A DNA stretch of 64,000 nt from Octopus vulgaris (Eukaryota). The notes below the pieces were generated by a model. That model saw only the letters and a list, made by a program, of their open reading frames with translations, ran no database searches and was not told the DNA's origin. The translations under genes were made by a program, and so were the position numbers. Below are positions 62,462-64,000 of the stretch, one piece after another; the stretch's first letter is position 1; each line of letters begins with the position of its first letter. The DNA is taken from positions 123,876,001 to 123,940,000 of the forward strand of contig OX597818.1 in NCBI GenBank assembly GCA_951406725.2, in the 5' to 3' direction.

Positions 62462-62825
62462 GTGGAGGCGCAATGGCCCAGTGGTTAGGGCAGCGGACTC
62501 GCGGTCGTAGGATCGCGGTTTCGATTCCCAGACAGGGCGTTGTGAGTGTTTATTGAGCGAAAACACCTAAAAGCTCCACGAGGCTCCCTGCTGTACTCTT
62601 TCACCACAACTTTCTCTCACTCTTACTTCCTGTTTCTGTTGTACCTGTATTTCAAAGGGCCAGCCTTGTCACTCTCTGTGTCACGCTGAATATCCCCGAG
62701 AACTACGTTAAGGGTACACGTGTCTGTGGAGTGCTCAGCCACATGCACGTTAATTTCACGAGCAGGCTGTTCCGTTGGTTGGATCAACCGGAACCCTCGT
62801 CATCGTAACCGACAGAGTGCTTCCA
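62462..62825 (+). mobile_element. tRNA-derived SINE family A
   Basis: Matches 31958-32341 with a small internal deletion. Confidence 0.9.
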
Positions 62826-63109
62826 TATATATATATGTATATATATATGTACATATGTATATATATATATGTACATATGTATATATATATATGTACATAT
62901 GTATATATATATATGTATATATACATATTTATATATATATATACATATTTATATATATATATACATATTTATATATATATATACATATTTATATATATAT
63001 GTACATATGTATATATATGTACGTACATATGTATATATATGTATGTACATATGTATATATATGTACGTACATATGTATAAATATGTATATGTATGTATAT
63101 GTGTGTATA
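62826..63109. repeat. (TA)/(TACA) microsatellite
   Basis: Direct reading. Confidence 0.9.
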
Positions 63110-63318
63110 TCATCATCATCATTTGACGTCCGCTTTCCATGCTAGCATGGGTTGGACGGTTCAACTGGGGTCTGGGGAGCCCGAAAGCTGCACCAGTCCA
63201 GTCAGATCTGGCAGTGTTTCTACAGCTGGATGCCCTTCCTAACGCCAACCACTCCGAGAGTGTAGTGGGTGATTTTATGTGCCACCGACACAGGTGCCAG
63301 ACGAGGCTGGCAAACGGC
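63110..63318 (-). mobile_element. SINE-like family C
   Basis: Family core with (CAT)n at the left end. Confidence 0.85.
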
Positions 63319-64000
63319 AGAGAGAGAGAGAGATAAGAAATAATGAGATTCAGTTGAATTAGGTACTTTAGTTGAAGCACCAAGTCAGTCTAATATTATC
63401 TGTACAGCTCAAAGTATGGTGAATAAAATCAAAATAAGCAACTGGATATTAAGTAGTGATGCAGTACGGCCATTTCAAGCGGCTGCATTTAATTGAACAA
63501 TGCTCTCATTACATCAATTTAAGTGCAATGCCATCATCAGCTACACAAATAAATAAATAGAATTTTTTACTAGTTGGACACATTAATATAATTTTTCTCA
63601 AATACTTTAACAGAGCAAGAAGATGGAAGAAATTCATGTTGTTGCTATTGTAGCTAAGAATAGACTTCACTTCCAAGAATATTGGAGTCATAGCTTGTAA
63701 AGGATTGTGATTCATTTGTTATTCATTTATCTCTTTATCAACTACTAAATCTAAGACTAGAAAATTTGTCTGTTTTGAATAAAGAGCAAGAGTGAGTTAA
63801 CAGCTCATGGCTAGGTATGGTCATAAATATTGTCATATGTATCTCTTTTCTTTAGGGAGGAAGAAGACATTAGGAGTAGCCATTTGGATATAAAGTAACT
63901 GTTTATCAATAGAGGCTGGGTAGGGGAAGACTCTAAATCATGATGTTAACTATCAGTTAAAGGGGCAAGATGCTAAGAAACCTAGGATGTTAATACAGGC

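Noticed and set aside
10688-63336. Recurrent short ORFs (MSSNARG.., MDGSTGVWEARR.., MLAWVGRF..)
   Set aside because: They recur only because they are translations of SINE families A-C; no evidence of coding function.

Overview
This is eukaryotic, AT-rich, repeat-saturated genomic DNA. The SINE families and microsatellite load point to an octopus (cephalopod) genome; that is an inference from recognising the repeats, not a database result. One protein-coding gene can be assembled on the + strand: BORCS6 (lyspersin/C17orf59, BORC subunit 6), with coding exons 18755-18786, 26608-27320, 40266-40519, 44058-44141, 47432-47508 and 52633-52690 (405 aa; all intron phases match). It has a candidate alternative first exon at 20601-20629. 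Its last intron (47509-52632) is a clear minor-spliceosome (U12-type GT-AG) intron that starts with a 1.6-kb CA-rich satellite. The rest is transposon debris: Gypsy, Tx1/L1, RTE and CR1/L2-like LINE fragments, Tigger and mariner relics, piggyBac-type and other MITEs, four SINE-like families and long microsatellites. The most unusual signals are five minimal hammerhead-ribozyme-like motifs in Penelope-type remnants (three inside fold-back repeats, two of them in sense in BORCS6 introns, and one with a G3-C8 core swap), long hairpins upstream of exon 3 and in the 3' UTR (covering the first AATAAA), a ~390-bp inverted templated duplication captured in a MITE, and a decayed copy of exon 2 in intron 2. 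All alignments and folds were done by eye.
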